Shown here: positions 16,601 to 25,524 of the stretch, piece by piece
Position numbering within the stretch: position 1 is the first letter of the stretch
How the letters are laid out: each line of letters begins with the position of its first letter
Source: a virus
Lineage: Duplodnaviria; Caudoviricetes
Virus record (IMG/VR): IMGVR_UViG_3300009505_000017
Span: 1 to 54,897 of that record
Strand: one strand, 5' to 3'
DNA: 54,897 nt
Position numbers and translations under genes: made by a program
The notes under the pieces: generated by a model
Database searches by the model: none
Seen by the model: the letters and a program-made list of their open reading frames with translations, nothing else
What the model was told of the DNA's origin: nothing

Positions 16601-19600
16601 ATCTACATCTTCATTAATAATTTTATCTACTATAGTTTTTAAAGTTTTAGTTTCTTTAGTTTCAGTCTCTTCATCTGTATCTTGAATGTTTTCATTATAC
16701 AAAGAATCAGCCATGTTTTGAGAATCTATTATTAACTGATTATCTAACTTTACATTTTGTTTTTGCTTTAGAAGATTACTTAAGAAATCATTATAACCAT
16801 CTATGTTTTCACTAGTAAGATTTTTAGTTGGAGTATTTAGTATAGTTCCTAACCTAGATATAAGGTCTGGATTTAATCCATAGTCTCCTTTATTTAATCT
16901 TGTGGTCACTCTATTATTAAGCTTCTCTGCTTTCAAAAGTTTTGCTGCGTAATCAGCGTCATTAAATACTTTTTCTGAATACTCTATTAATTCTTGTACA
17001 GCCACTTGATTATCAAGATTAACACTATTAACTTTGTTTATAACAGCTTTTGTTTGTGCTGCAGTAATAGTTCCCTTTTTACCTTTAGAATATATCTTTA
17101 TCTGTTTATTAAGGTCTTTTCTTTTGGTTTTTAAATCTTGTTTACCTTCTCTGTTGGCCTTGTTCCACGCTTTCCAAAATCTTTTACGCTGAGTATTTTC
17201 TCCTTCTTGCTTTGCCTTATCAGTTCTAGTGGTACTCTTTATAGATTGTAAAATACCTTTATATGTATCAGCCGTTACAGTTTGACTATTTGTTTTAGCA
17301 ATGGCTTCTACCTCAGCCTGTACTTCTGCTTCATTTGCAGCATATAAATCTATCTGCTCATTTGAAAAGTTAGTCTCTCCTTTCGCTATTTTAGTAGCTA
17401 ATCTTTTTGTTTTAGATTTATCCTTAGGAACATTTTTTCTTTTCTGTGTAACTAACGCATCGATCTCTGCTTGATTCTCAGCATAAAACTGTTGAGCTTC
17501 ATCACCAAACTCTTGAGTAGATTCACCATCTACTAATCTATTAGCAAATGATTCAACCTTATTATCATTGTTCACACTCACACCTTTCTTTGCTGAGGAA
17601 GGTTGAGTAGATGTCTGATTAGTTTTAGCTGCGTCATTTGATGCAATCTTTTCTGCATAAGCTTTAGCTTCTTTAGAAGTTTTAAAGCTTTTAGTTAAAG
17701 CATTGCTTCTAGTCATTTGACCACCTTGATTTGTATTAACTCTTACCTCAAATCTATAATCAGTATTTTTTCTGGCAGAAGGTTGACCTTGGTCGTTTTG
17801 AGCCGAAATATTAACCTCTACTTTATCAGAAGAATAGTTTTCATATCTACCTGCTGAGTCAGGGGAATTTGGTTTTAAGAGTTCAACATCTGTCTCCGTA
17901 GTCGTGTCGATAGTTGTATCGGTTTGCGTGTCACCTTCTTCGACTTTCGTTTCGGTATCTGTCTCAACGTCTCCTTCTCCCACTTGCTGCAGTTCCACTT
18001 CGGAGTCTGCCCCATCTGTTTGGCTTCCTCCATCATCTTGTAACACTTGTTTCTCTGTGCTTGGTTTTTGAATGGCATCGTTTTCTTTTTTAGTTTCGCT
18101 TTCCTTATCTTTTTCTAATGCAGCTTCATTAGCTGTTTCAACAGGAAAAGCTAAGGCTTGCTTTTCTTCCATTGATAACTTATTAAAGTTTTGTACAGCT
18201 CTACTTCTAATTTCGCTGTTATTTATTTTATAGTTTTGTTCACCTGCAGCTTCTTTTTCAGCAACTAACTCTTTGCCTGCATCATCCATTAGTTTTTGTT
18301 TTGATTTGTTATTTACAAAATCAAAGTTGCTGTTTTTAATTATGTTGTTTTTTAAATCCTGAATCTGAACATCAAGATAAGGTGAGAAAACTTCAGATAC
18401 TTTTTTCTCTGATTCTAATTGCTTAATTTTATTTAAGTCACTCATCACCTGTAAAGATGTTTCAGCACTTAAATTTGATGGTAAACCATTAATGGTTTCA
18501 TTAAATATTTTAACATCACTCATTAAGTTATCAGCTTGCTGTTGCGTATAAATACCTCTCTTTACTTGTGAATCTAAAAGTGATTGTGTTTTTTTTACAT
18601 TACTAGCTAATAAAGCTAAAGATTTCATTTGATCAATAGCTCTACCACCTCGTCCAGTCATACTAAAAGACCTAGTTGTATTTGCTTTTAAATCTCCTGC
18701 AACAGGCATTAAGATACCTGCGCTTAAAGATATTATGGAGGTGTTAGCAAAGTCATCTAAACTAATAGTCTCCTTCATTATTTGTTCACCTGCTTGTTCG
18801 TTTATGTCTGAACCAATAATATAAGCTTGTGCGCCTTGTTGAATGTTTTCTTGAAAAAATTCTTTTCCACCTTCAGTTAAATATACAGGAACATTTCTTA
18901 TAACTCCATCTAATGTTTTTCGTAAATAAGACCTAGACGCTTCAATCCCTGCTCCTTGCGCATATCTGTTAATTGTATTCTCAACAATTTTTTGTTTTAC
19001 TTTTGTTCCAAATATCTTATCCATAGCAACACGCTGTGTAGATATTGGGGCTGTTAAAACACCTAGTGCATATCCCTGAGTCGCTGCTTCAGAAGCTAAT
19101 AAATTTGCTTCTTCGTTTGATAAACCTGCATCTAGAGCTGACTTTCTAACTTGTGACGCTAATGAGCTACTCATTAAAGTACCCTGAGCAATCATAGCTG
19201 AAGCTGTTGAAGCTCTCATAGGTACTTTTTCTAACAAAGAAACAACTTGTCTACCTTGCTTGTATTTAGATGCAAATGCAATTCCTTTTACAGTTTGACC
19301 TGCCATTCCAACACCCCTAGTAAGAGCTATCTGAAGTAGCATATCTGAAGCCACACCTGCAGTTGTTACTGTTGCTCCTGTGCCACTAAAACTACTTACA
19401 TCAACTCCATTTAACTGAACTTGTTTTCTTATTTCTTTTATTTGTTCTGGCTCTAATACGCTGCTTACTCTTATCTTTAAATCTAAATCATATATTTCTC
19501 CGTTGTCATCAATCATATACTCTCTACCATTTGCAAAAGCGCTTTTACCACTTGCATAGGTATATCTAAGCATATCATCTCTGTTAAGTTCTGTTTCAGC

Positions 19601-21412
19601 TTGATTCATTTGAATTTCATCAATAACAGATTCCATGCCTACCCAATCATAAGCCCACTCAGAAAAACTATTTATCCTATCATTTACAGAACGACCCCCT
19701 TGAGATCCTGCATCGAGTAACCATTGAGTATTTGAACCACCTGCACCACCTTCTAATTCTTTTTGATAATTTTCTTTTGTTTCGGCTTTTTGTTTTTTTA
19801 CTGCAAATGACAAAGTAGGAAATTCTTCTTCCATATAATCCCTAAGCTCATCTATTGCAATAGCAGGTTTTAAATCTATTTTATCTACATCACCATTTAA
19901 AAAAGGATTCTTGCCTTCATTCTTAATTTCGTATTCAAGAACTTGTTTGTTTACATTTTGCAAATCAACTTCAGCTAAATAGTTTTTTAGGTAATCATAC
20001 TTTAATTTCTCAGCTGCCAAAGTTGGATTATAGTTTCCAGAATAGTCGTAATATCTTCCATCTTCAGATATTGTTTCGTTTTCTAGCAACTTAGCGTATC
20101 TTTCTTTAAATCCGTTTTCTATTAAATAGCCATTAAATCCAGATATGTCAATTTTATTACCATCACCTGATAGCTTTTTTAAAGTTTGCTGGTCATACAT
20201 TTCTCCTAAAACATCATCTTCAAAACCTGTTGGTTCAAAATCTGAGTTTTCAAAAATCTCAAACTCTTCATCAGTATAAGCTCCATCTTCTCTTTGAAAT
20301 ATAGACTGAAGTTTTTCAACGCTAGCATTAGGGCCTGCCAAATCTATAAGCCTTGCCGTTTCTGCATCAAAGTCTTTAACTTTTTTAATTATAGCATTTC
20401 TTTTTTCTTTTTCTTCAGGAGTGTAACTAAAGTTTTTTACATCAGAATATTGAGAATATTCTTTTTGTTTTTCTTCTTGCAGTTTTAATGCATTGTCTTT
20501 AATTGACTTTACAGAAACTTCTTGTAGTTTTTCAATAGATTTTTTATTTCCTTTTAATGCAGAGTTTATATCTGATTGCTTTACATATCCTATAGCTAAT
20601 GCTTTTTGAATATTAGGATCAGCTTCTATTTTTAATTTTAATTGTTCATCTATAGGTAAATCTAAAAACTCACCTTTAGTTTCAATAGCTCTGTCTGTTT
20701 TTGTGAATGTTATACTTCCCTGTCCTCTTTCTCGATTGGGATTTGTTGCTTTTTCAAACAAAGAACTAAGGTCATCTTTTAATAGATTTTTGTTTTTTCT
20801 AGAATCATATCTTTCTTTCCATGAACCTTCACCATAGGCAATTGCAGATTGTTTATCTGTTCCAAAATCAGCAACCTCTCCTCTTTTTTTAGCTTCTTCG
20901 TAAACAGATTTCCAATCTGATTCTGCTTGCTCAGACATGTCAACAAATTCTCCGTCTTCATTTTGAAATACTGTAGGGAAAGAAAACCAATTTTCTCCAT
21001 CAAAAGTTTCGGTTTTCATTTTGTGCGTAGATACACTTCCATCGTCATTTAATTGAACACCTTTTCTATTTGGTGCGTCAATATTTATATTGAATTCTTC
21101 CTCAACTTCTACTTCTAAACCATCCGAAAATCCAGGAGTTGTTTCCGTCTCTGTAGTGGATTCCGTAACGACCTCGTTTGAAGTGGAAGGAGTATCGACT
21201 TGATTTTTTTTTTCAGAAGTAGCTATTCCAACATTTGTTCTCCAAGTTTCAATGTCGCTTTTTGTATACTTCTTATCTGTAAGATAAACATGCACATTGT
21301 CTTGTATTTCTTTACTACCTGAAAAATTTGATTTCCAAGTTTCAAAATCACTTTTGGTTGCGCCATCATTAGTTAGCGTGTTCCATATGTTTTTAAGAAT
21401 TTCTTCGTCCAT
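13628..21412 (-). CDS. Giant (2594 aa) internal virion / DNA-ejection protein
   Basis: Very long, mainly helical ORF last in the structural operon, after two other internal-protein-like genes; no RNA polymerase catalytic motif seen. Confidence 0.7.
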   Translation of the reverse strand: MDEEILKNIWNTLTNDGATKSDFETWKSNFSGSKEIQDNVHVYLTDKKYTKSDIETWRTNVGIATSEKKNQVDTPSTSNEVVTESTTETETTPGFSDGLEVEVEEEFNINIDAPNRKGVQLNDDGSVSTHKMKTETFDGENWFSFPTVFQNEDGEFVDMSEQAESDWKSVYEEAKKRGEVADFGTDKQSAIAYGEGSWKERYDSRKNKNLLKDDLSSLFEKATNPNRERGQGSITFTKTDRAIETKGEFLDLPIDEQLKLKIEADPNIQKALAIGYVKQSDINSALKGNKKSIEKLQEVSVKSIKDNALKLQEEKQKEYSQYSDVKNFSYTPEEKEKRNAIIKKVKDFDAETARLIDLAGPNASVEKLQSIFQREDGAYTDEEFEIFENSDFEPTGFEDDVLGEMYDQQTLKKLSGDGNKIDISGFNGYLIENGFKERYAKLLENETISEDGRYYDYSGNYNPTLAAEKLKYDYLKNYLAEVDLQNVNKQVLEYEIKNEGKNPFLNGDVDKIDLKPAIAIDELRDYMEEEFPTLSFAVKKQKAETKENYQKELEGGAGGSNTQWLLDAGSQGGRSVNDRINSFSEWAYDWVGMESVIDEIQMNQAETELNRDDMLRYTYASGKSAFANGREYMIDDNGEIYDLDLKIRVSSVLEPEQIKEIRKQVQLNGVDVSSFSGTGATVTTAGVASDMLLQIALTRGVGMAGQTVKGIAFASKYKQGRQVVSLLEKVPMRASTASAMIAQGTLMSSSLASQVRKSALDAGLSNEEANLLASEAATQGYALGVLTAPISTQRVAMDKIFGTKVKQKIVENTINRYAQGAGIEASRSYLRKTLDGVIRNVPVYLTEGGKEFFQENIQQGAQAYIIGSDINEQAGEQIMKETISLDDFANTSIISLSAGILMPVAGDLKANTTRSFSMTGRGGRAIDQMKSLALLASNVKKTQSLLDSQVKRGIYTQQQADNLMSDVKIFNETINGLPSNLSAETSLQVMSDLNKIKQLESEKKVSEVFSPYLDVQIQDLKNNIIKNSNFDFVNNKSKQKLMDDAGKELVAEKEAAGEQNYKINNSEIRSRAVQNFNKLSMEEKQALAFPVETANEAALEKDKESETKKENDAIQKPSTEKQVLQDDGGSQTDGADSEVELQQVGEGDVETDTETKVEEGDTQTDTTIDTTTETDVELLKPNSPDSAGRYENYSSDKVEVNISAQNDQGQPSARKNTDYRFEVRVNTNQGGQMTRSNALTKSFKTSKEAKAYAEKIASNDAAKTNQTSTQPSSAKKGVSVNNDNKVESFANRLVDGESTQEFGDEAQQFYAENQAEIDALVTQKRKNVPKDKSKTKRLATKIAKGETNFSNEQIDLYAANEAEVQAEVEAIAKTNSQTVTADTYKGILQSIKSTTRTDKAKQEGENTQRKRFWKAWNKANREGKQDLKTKRKDLNKQIKIYSKGKKGTITAAQTKAVINKVNSVNLDNQVAVQELIEYSEKVFNDADYAAKLLKAEKLNNRVTTRLNKGDYGLNPDLISRLGTILNTPTKNLTSENIDGYNDFLSNLLKQKQNVKLDNQLIIDSQNMADSLYNENIQDTDEETETKETKTLKTIVDKIINEDVDGETLISEDSKFIENDLDKLDSFTLQTLIDKINSAETDENQELVEAANKFAENRQAIITKIKSRSKGISLKSLDNTTKEAGGVQVFQNIKDSDLIGLTGKQLDLLEVSLENINNGHYTHAANKLGQSINSRAYDMRPLVDKYGTTKNKIAMVKSRAEAALKAGLKNATKRGANSTTSLEMLRTNPLSAVDNAFGNYKNNTIRNNSFEPIATKYSQFKTWSGRLTDKLDAVEQIIAPTYKEGTNPAVRRRFEIQTYLLALESESNAGNKGVAEANKFIDKTVENFNNSKTKSNYTQADIDILLDIKAKNSEGGVITTKKMKQNLSPQVMKAIGIMQEIYGALGDKQAYATTIVRGNKLDLLNNYVHHKVDATTDKLDQQLISQKNYINPQTSTESKTSISRTPGAKAIDFDPVATALRALRMAGMDYYLTNEIQTSRKALTQLTKLSEQDNATKEVIEATVSLSRAYDESINKVLSSNFSTDVIGGKWFDSARKIGYYSTLASAPRAVAELGSNLTFGLMSAPKELALGLGKYSKLSLMQNGLSFAENVGSTTVTKNWGSEILGGSKSENAGVVRNKKGSKRASGSNVKSTFQYAARFGKKFADGSEFLADNLLSTPDKMISRPLFFGTFAKVFKQETGQDMDADKISKNDEAYMTKYADAIQAAKRAADAKVTQAATSNDPFSGVLKNQLSDQDGARMILYKSINSYMARFTINEFVTARQAVASMVGQGEMGAIKGGATLAGIMTRMSLYVVMYKALASMFNGVLGLDDKDDIDYEELTTRQLAGAGVSLITRGTSGNFPMIPINLAIEKLNEEYGEDLGLWSDKDGKGYNPYIHSIIFSVINQQKLEKEGVAESAIRIGAGPLAPQASSLLRMGDLLAKMGSKDKKVADRAAAEFMTLRTALEASQFTGVPLPLYKDIRRYMMAQNWSDIKASKQQDLKLSDEDFKIIYGERELKKRKARKSKARKQQKNSPAGRKIKKLEDELKNLDF
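17875..18078 (-). CDS. Putative nested (+1 frame) small basic protein of MPFKxxAQR type
   Basis: MPFKNQAQRNKCY...KWNCSKWEKET; A-rich leader (aaaaaagaaaacgATG); host frame here is a low-complexity linker. Confidence 0.55.
   Translation of the reverse strand: MPFKNQAQRNKCYKMMEEAKQMGQTPKWNCSKWEKETLRQIPKRKSKKVTRKPIQLSTRLRRQMLNS
21204..21213 (-). other. A10 slippery run; candidate -1 frameshift or transcriptional slippage site
   Basis: GAA AAA AAA AAT at codons 67-70; the -1 frame has TGA just before the run and stays open to TGA at 21104-21102. Confidence 0.45.
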
Positions 21413-21424
21413 TATAAAAGTTAT

Positions 21425-23359
21425 TTATCCAACATTTGGCGTTGATTGTGTTGTACCATTTGGCTTCTCTCCTCTTAAGACTTTATCCATATTTGTTTGA
21501 AGCCATGTGTGATTTTTCCTGCTTGATTGCGCTGGGCTTTTGTAATCTACACCATCTACTGTGATTACATATCTGTCATTAGGGCCATTCTCGTCTATAT
21601 CACTTACTTGTATATTTGAGTCAATATCATATTCTTGTATAGCCTTTTGGATTATAGTATTTGCTACACCAATAACCTCTGCTTCATCAGGATTACTTTC
21701 TGTTGCACTAGCAAAAACTTCAGCTGCAGTACCTGCTCTTTTTATACCATCTGATTCTGAAACTCCTAGATTAAACGCACCTAAGCCTACATAATCTTTT
21801 GTTACGGTTTTAAACTTACCTTCTGTACCACCTGCTTTTTTGTTAGTACCCTTTAATTTAGATTTATCAAAATATCTTTGAGCTTTTAATTGTAGTTGTG
21901 CCGCAATTTGCTTACCTGCATCTACACCTAAACCTGATAATGGTATAGGGGCCATGTTGTTTCCATCAGCATCTATAAACACTAATTCCATATCTTCTCC
22001 TGCACCTATAATATTATAAGCTGATATTTTGTCTGGATTCTCAGCAACTAAAGCCTTTAAACTTGAGGCATCACCTGTAGCTGCAAGGTCGATAAGATCT
22101 ACTGAGGCTTGGAAGTCTTTTTCTTCATCACCTGACTTAATTGAAGCAGCACTTCTTTGGAACTCACTTTTTTTAGTTCCTTTTGTTATTTTTCTTTGCA
22201 ATCCTGAAACTAAACTTCTTCTATTATAACCTTTAACAGCTTCTATTTGTTCTTCTGTCATTTCTGGAACAATAGCATTGTTTGAGTTTGCAGCTGCAAC
22301 CCTAGAATATTTAGGAACAGTAACTTTTTTTGCTTCTAGATTCTCATCTAATATATCAACTGTAAATGTCTCCTTTTTTTGAGCATCTGTTAAATTATCG
22401 TAGTCAGTAAAAGAAACTAGCTTACCTCCCATTCCGTTTTCACTAGTGAACAAACTGGCTACATGCTCTATATTTGTTGTGTTGGCTGCTACTTGATTAT
22501 TGACGCTTGCTTTTAGATCTGGATTATTTCTAGAGTCAGCAATAACATTTCCTACCATTAGTCCAGTTCCATCCTTAACCATTATCTCATAATTAGTTCC
22601 AACTGCACTATTAGCAAAATCATCAACTTGGTCAGTAATATATATCCTATCAGCTCTTGTATTTGCTTTGTGCTTAAGAGCCAAAACACTCATTCCACTT
22701 TGTCCGTCTATATAAATTGGTTTACCGTCTTTATCTAATTTACGAACTAAAGTTTTAGTTTTCTCGTCAACTTCCATTTTATAAAAATCAACTATACCCA
22801 TGCCTTTATCATCAAAATTAACATCAACACCAGCTAACGTACCTATTTGAGTTTGTATCTGTTGCTTAATAGCTTCTAATTCACCAGATTGTGGCTTAAC
22901 AAAAATTTGTTCTCCTTTATCATTAGTAATATATTTTCCTTTTGCTCTTTCTTCAGTAACATCTATTTCATCTCCAAATGTTTTAACAAAATCAGATAAA
23001 ATTTCAAAAGTTTGTTTTCCGTTTTCTTGAAATATTAAATTTTCTTCAGGAGGAACATTTCCATTTCTTACAAGTTTTTCGCTTATAAATGCATCCTCTT
23101 TAAATTTAGCCAAAGATTCAACCATTTTAGCTGCAGCTGTATCATTACTAGGCATGTTCTCGGCAGCATACTTCTCAGCTTCACGAATTGATTTTGAAGT
23201 GCTTTTTTTAAGGTCAAGACGCTGCTTGTCTATATTAGCTTTCCAAGCTTGTACATCTGTTATTCCTTTATCTATAGCTGCAAACTTTGATTCAAGTGGA
23301 TTACCTCCAATTAAACCTTTATCTAATGCCGCTATAGTTCCCTGTAATGCGTTACCCAT
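21425..23359 (-). CDS. Internal virion / ejection protein (644 aa)
   Basis: Position between pilot-like protein and giant protein, as in podovirus ejectosome gene triplets. Confidence 0.6.
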   Translation of the reverse strand: MGNALQGTIAALDKGLIGGNPLESKFAAIDKGITDVQAWKANIDKQRLDLKKSTSKSIREAEKYAAENMPSNDTAAAKMVESLAKFKEDAFISEKLVRNGNVPPEENLIFQENGKQTFEILSDFVKTFGDEIDVTEERAKGKYITNDKGEQIFVKPQSGELEAIKQQIQTQIGTLAGVDVNFDDKGMGIVDFYKMEVDEKTKTLVRKLDKDGKPIYIDGQSGMSVLALKHKANTRADRIYITDQVDDFANSAVGTNYEIMVKDGTGLMVGNVIADSRNNPDLKASVNNQVAANTTNIEHVASLFTSENGMGGKLVSFTDYDNLTDAQKKETFTVDILDENLEAKKVTVPKYSRVAAANSNNAIVPEMTEEQIEAVKGYNRRSLVSGLQRKITKGTKKSEFQRSAASIKSGDEEKDFQASVDLIDLAATGDASSLKALVAENPDKISAYNIIGAGEDMELVFIDADGNNMAPIPLSGLGVDAGKQIAAQLQLKAQRYFDKSKLKGTNKKAGGTEGKFKTVTKDYVGLGAFNLGVSESDGIKRAGTAAEVFASATESNPDEAEVIGVANTIIQKAIQEYDIDSNIQVSDIDENGPNDRYVITVDGVDYKSPAQSSRKNHTWLQTNMDKVLRGEKPNGTTQSTPNVG

Positions 23360-23370
23360 AATTTAATGCT

Positions 23371-24300
23371 TTAGTTTGTTGGTACTGTAATTTGCCCTGA
23401 TGCAACTGCTGCTGCTATCTGTTCTGGTGTCATTAAAGCTATCTGTTCTGGAGTTAAACCTGCTGGTGTTGGAGTCTGTCCGAACCCAGCTATACTTCCA
23501 GCCGCTGATTTTATACCTCCAAGAGCAGTAGTCAGAGCGCCTCCAACAGCGGTAAGACCCTCTCCAAATGAAGTTTTACCATACCCTTCAGTTCCAAAAC
23601 CCTCCAAGGTTCCTTCCCTACCTATTTGTCTCATTTGTTTACCTGTAAGGTCACCTCCTTGTGTTGCTTTAAAAGAGTCAAATAATTTTTGACCTTCTTT
23701 ACCGCCTCCTAGTCCTTCAACTGCCTTTCCTTCTGCGCCTCCAAAAGCACCTATCCCTGCGGTTAAAGCGCTAGTTCCTGCACTTATAAAAGCACCTGTT
23801 GCTGCTGCCTCTAATTGATTTGCTTCATTTCTCTTAGCGTCAGCTTCTAATCCTGCTGCTGCTGCCCTATCATCTTGTAAAGCTGAAATTCTAGCTGCAT
23901 CCATTTCAGACGCTGCCGCACGTTTCATATCAATGTCTAATTTTTGCATCGCAAATTTATCAGCAATTTGTCCTGTCCCAATATCCTGGACTTGTTTTAC
24001 TTTTCCTGCAGTTGCCGCAACACCTCTTTGATCACCTTCTTGAGCTGCTTCTAATATCTGAGAACCTTGAACATTTGAAAGTTGAAGTTGTTTATCGTAA
24101 ATATCTGTAGTTGCTCTAATTGCATCATAGAAATTTTGCTCTAATCTAGCTACGGACTCTTGCTCTAATTCTTCCTGCTTAATTTCTAATCTACCTGCTT
24201 CTCTTGCTGCTTCTTTGGCTGCGCTACTTGCCATGAAACCTTTTGCTGCTTGACCTCCTACTGCTATAGTTGCTGCTGCTATTGATGTAAATGCTGCCAT
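23371..24300 (-). CDS. Ala/Gly-rich internal virion (pilot-like) protein
   Basis: Hydrophobic Ala/Gly N-terminus, coiled-coil centre, Gly-rich hydrophobic C-terminal part. Confidence 0.65.
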   Translation of the reverse strand: MAAFTSIAAATIAVGGQAAKGFMASSAAKEAAREAGRLEIKQEELEQESVARLEQNFYDAIRATTDIYDKQLQLSNVQGSQILEAAQEGDQRGVAATAGKVKQVQDIGTGQIADKFAMQKLDIDMKRAAASEMDAARISALQDDRAAAAGLEADAKRNEANQLEAAATGAFISAGTSALTAGIGAFGGAEGKAVEGLGGGKEGQKLFDSFKATQGGDLTGKQMRQIGREGTLEGFGTEGYGKTSFGEGLTAVGGALTTALGGIKSAAGSIAGFGQTPTPAGLTPEQIALMTPEQIAAAVASGQITVPTN

Positions 24301-24301
24301 A

Positions 24302-24712
24302 TTATAATGTTTTTATCATTTCTGTGTTATAACTATCTCCTTTTATATACCCATTTTTTTTGTAAATATCAATAAGAGAGTCTGACTTTAATAAAGCATA
24401 AGAATATTTACATCCATTAAGCTTTAATGTTTCTGTTAAAACTTCAATTAAAAAAGACAAAGCTTCTCTTCTTTTAGTTTTTTTATCATATTCAAAGTTG
24501 GATATAATCCAATCACACCATCCTACTTTTGAGTTAGTTATATATATATAACCTGCACAAACAGGTATTTCTCCGTCATAAACCACTACGCCACCTTTTC
24601 CATCTTTTGGTAGAAAATCTCTTGGAGGTGGTGTCCATCTCCAATCTTTCCACCATTTAGTTAAAATGGTATCGTAGTCGTTTTCATTTAATTCTCTTAT
24701 AGTAAATTTCAT
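24302..24712 (-). CDS. GNAT-fold acetyltransferase-like protein
   Basis: IRELNENDY..VCAGYIY..LIDIYKKNGY GNAT-like pattern; position matches podovirus GNAT-like genes before internal proteins. Confidence 0.65.
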   Translation of the reverse strand: MKFTIRELNENDYDTILTKWWKDWRWTPPPRDFLPKDGKGGVVVYDGEIPVCAGYIYITNSKVGWCDWIISNFEYDKKTKRREALSFLIEVLTETLKLNGCKYSYALLKSDSLIDIYKKNGYIKGDSYNTEMIKTL

Positions 24713-24717
24713 TTACG

Positions 24718-24725
24718 CAAAGATA
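24718..24725 (-). promoter_or_regulatory. Bacteroidota -7 promoter element TATCTTTG, 5 nt before the ATG (probably leaderless)
   Basis: Minus strand reads TATCTTTG-CGTAA-ATG. Confidence 0.65.
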
Positions 24726-24732
24726 CAAAAAA

Positions 24733-25515
24733 CTAAGGATTACTTTTGAATACTTGAGAATCTACAGTAAACAGTTCTACAGCAGATGTATTGTCGTTTG
24801 TTACTTTAAATTCCATGTAATATCCTGTAGCTCCATAAGACTCAGCAACAGGGTCTTTAAGCACTAATATATATGCATTATTAGGTATTGTAGATCCAAT
24901 AGGCAAGAAATTTGATGCATCAACCGTTAACGTTTTTCTATCACTACTAATTGAAGTTATAGGACCTACAGCTACAGGTGAGCTGAAGTTGTTAGGAGCA
25001 GAAATAAGAGTACTAAAATTTAACTCATCACCTATAGATATTATTCTAGATGTTGGAGTGCTAAATTCAACCGTAATTATACCAGTTGACGCACCTGTTG
25101 AAGAAAGTAATTTACCTATTCCTTGTGTAGATCTTAACGCTAAGTTCTCTGTACCTGATATTCTTTTAATGTAAGCAAAGAAGCTACCCTCTTTCTTTAC
25201 GAAATCTGCCTGAGGCATGAAACCTGCTCCCAAATCAGTTACTAAACTTATATCCCATGAGTCGTCACTTTCTAATTCAATTGTTTTAAAAACTTTAACA
25301 GTAGTAGGTTCTTGATTAAAAACACCTGTAAGGGTTGTATCATAATCAACTCCATAATAGTTGTTACGTCTTTCATTGGTGTTATGTCTGTATAAATTTC
25401 CACCTTTAAAGGTATATAAATACTGATTCATTCCTAATATAAAATCAGGGAAGTAGCTATAAAAAGAAGGCCATCCCTTTACTGATTCACTATATGTTAC
25501 TGTGTAATTTTCCAT
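24733..25515 (-). CDS. Tail protein (resembles the C-terminal part of a tail stabilisation/nozzle protein)
   Basis: TYSESVKGWPSFYSY..LYTFKGGNLY..NNYYG..VKVFKTIELE..KKEG pattern. Confidence 0.6.
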   Translation of the reverse strand: MENYTVTYSESVKGWPSFYSYFPDFILGMNQYLYTFKGGNLYRHNTNERRNNYYGVDYDTTLTGVFNQEPTTVKVFKTIELESDDSWDISLVTDLGAGFMPQADFVKKEGSFFAYIKRISGTENLALRSTQGIGKLLSSTGASTGIITVEFSTPTSRIISIGDELNFSTLISAPNNFSSPVAVGPITSISSDRKTLTVDASNFLPIGSTIPNNAYILVLKDPVAESYGATGYYMEFKVTNDNTSAVELFTVDSQVFKSNP

Positions 25516-25524
25516 ATTTTATTT

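Noticed and set aside
13628-21412. Giant protein as a crAss-like or N4-like virion RNA polymerase
   Set aside because: No convincing DxDGD/DFDID catalytic motif seen (only IDFDP and an acidic DDKDDID patch); host-type promoters are used throughout
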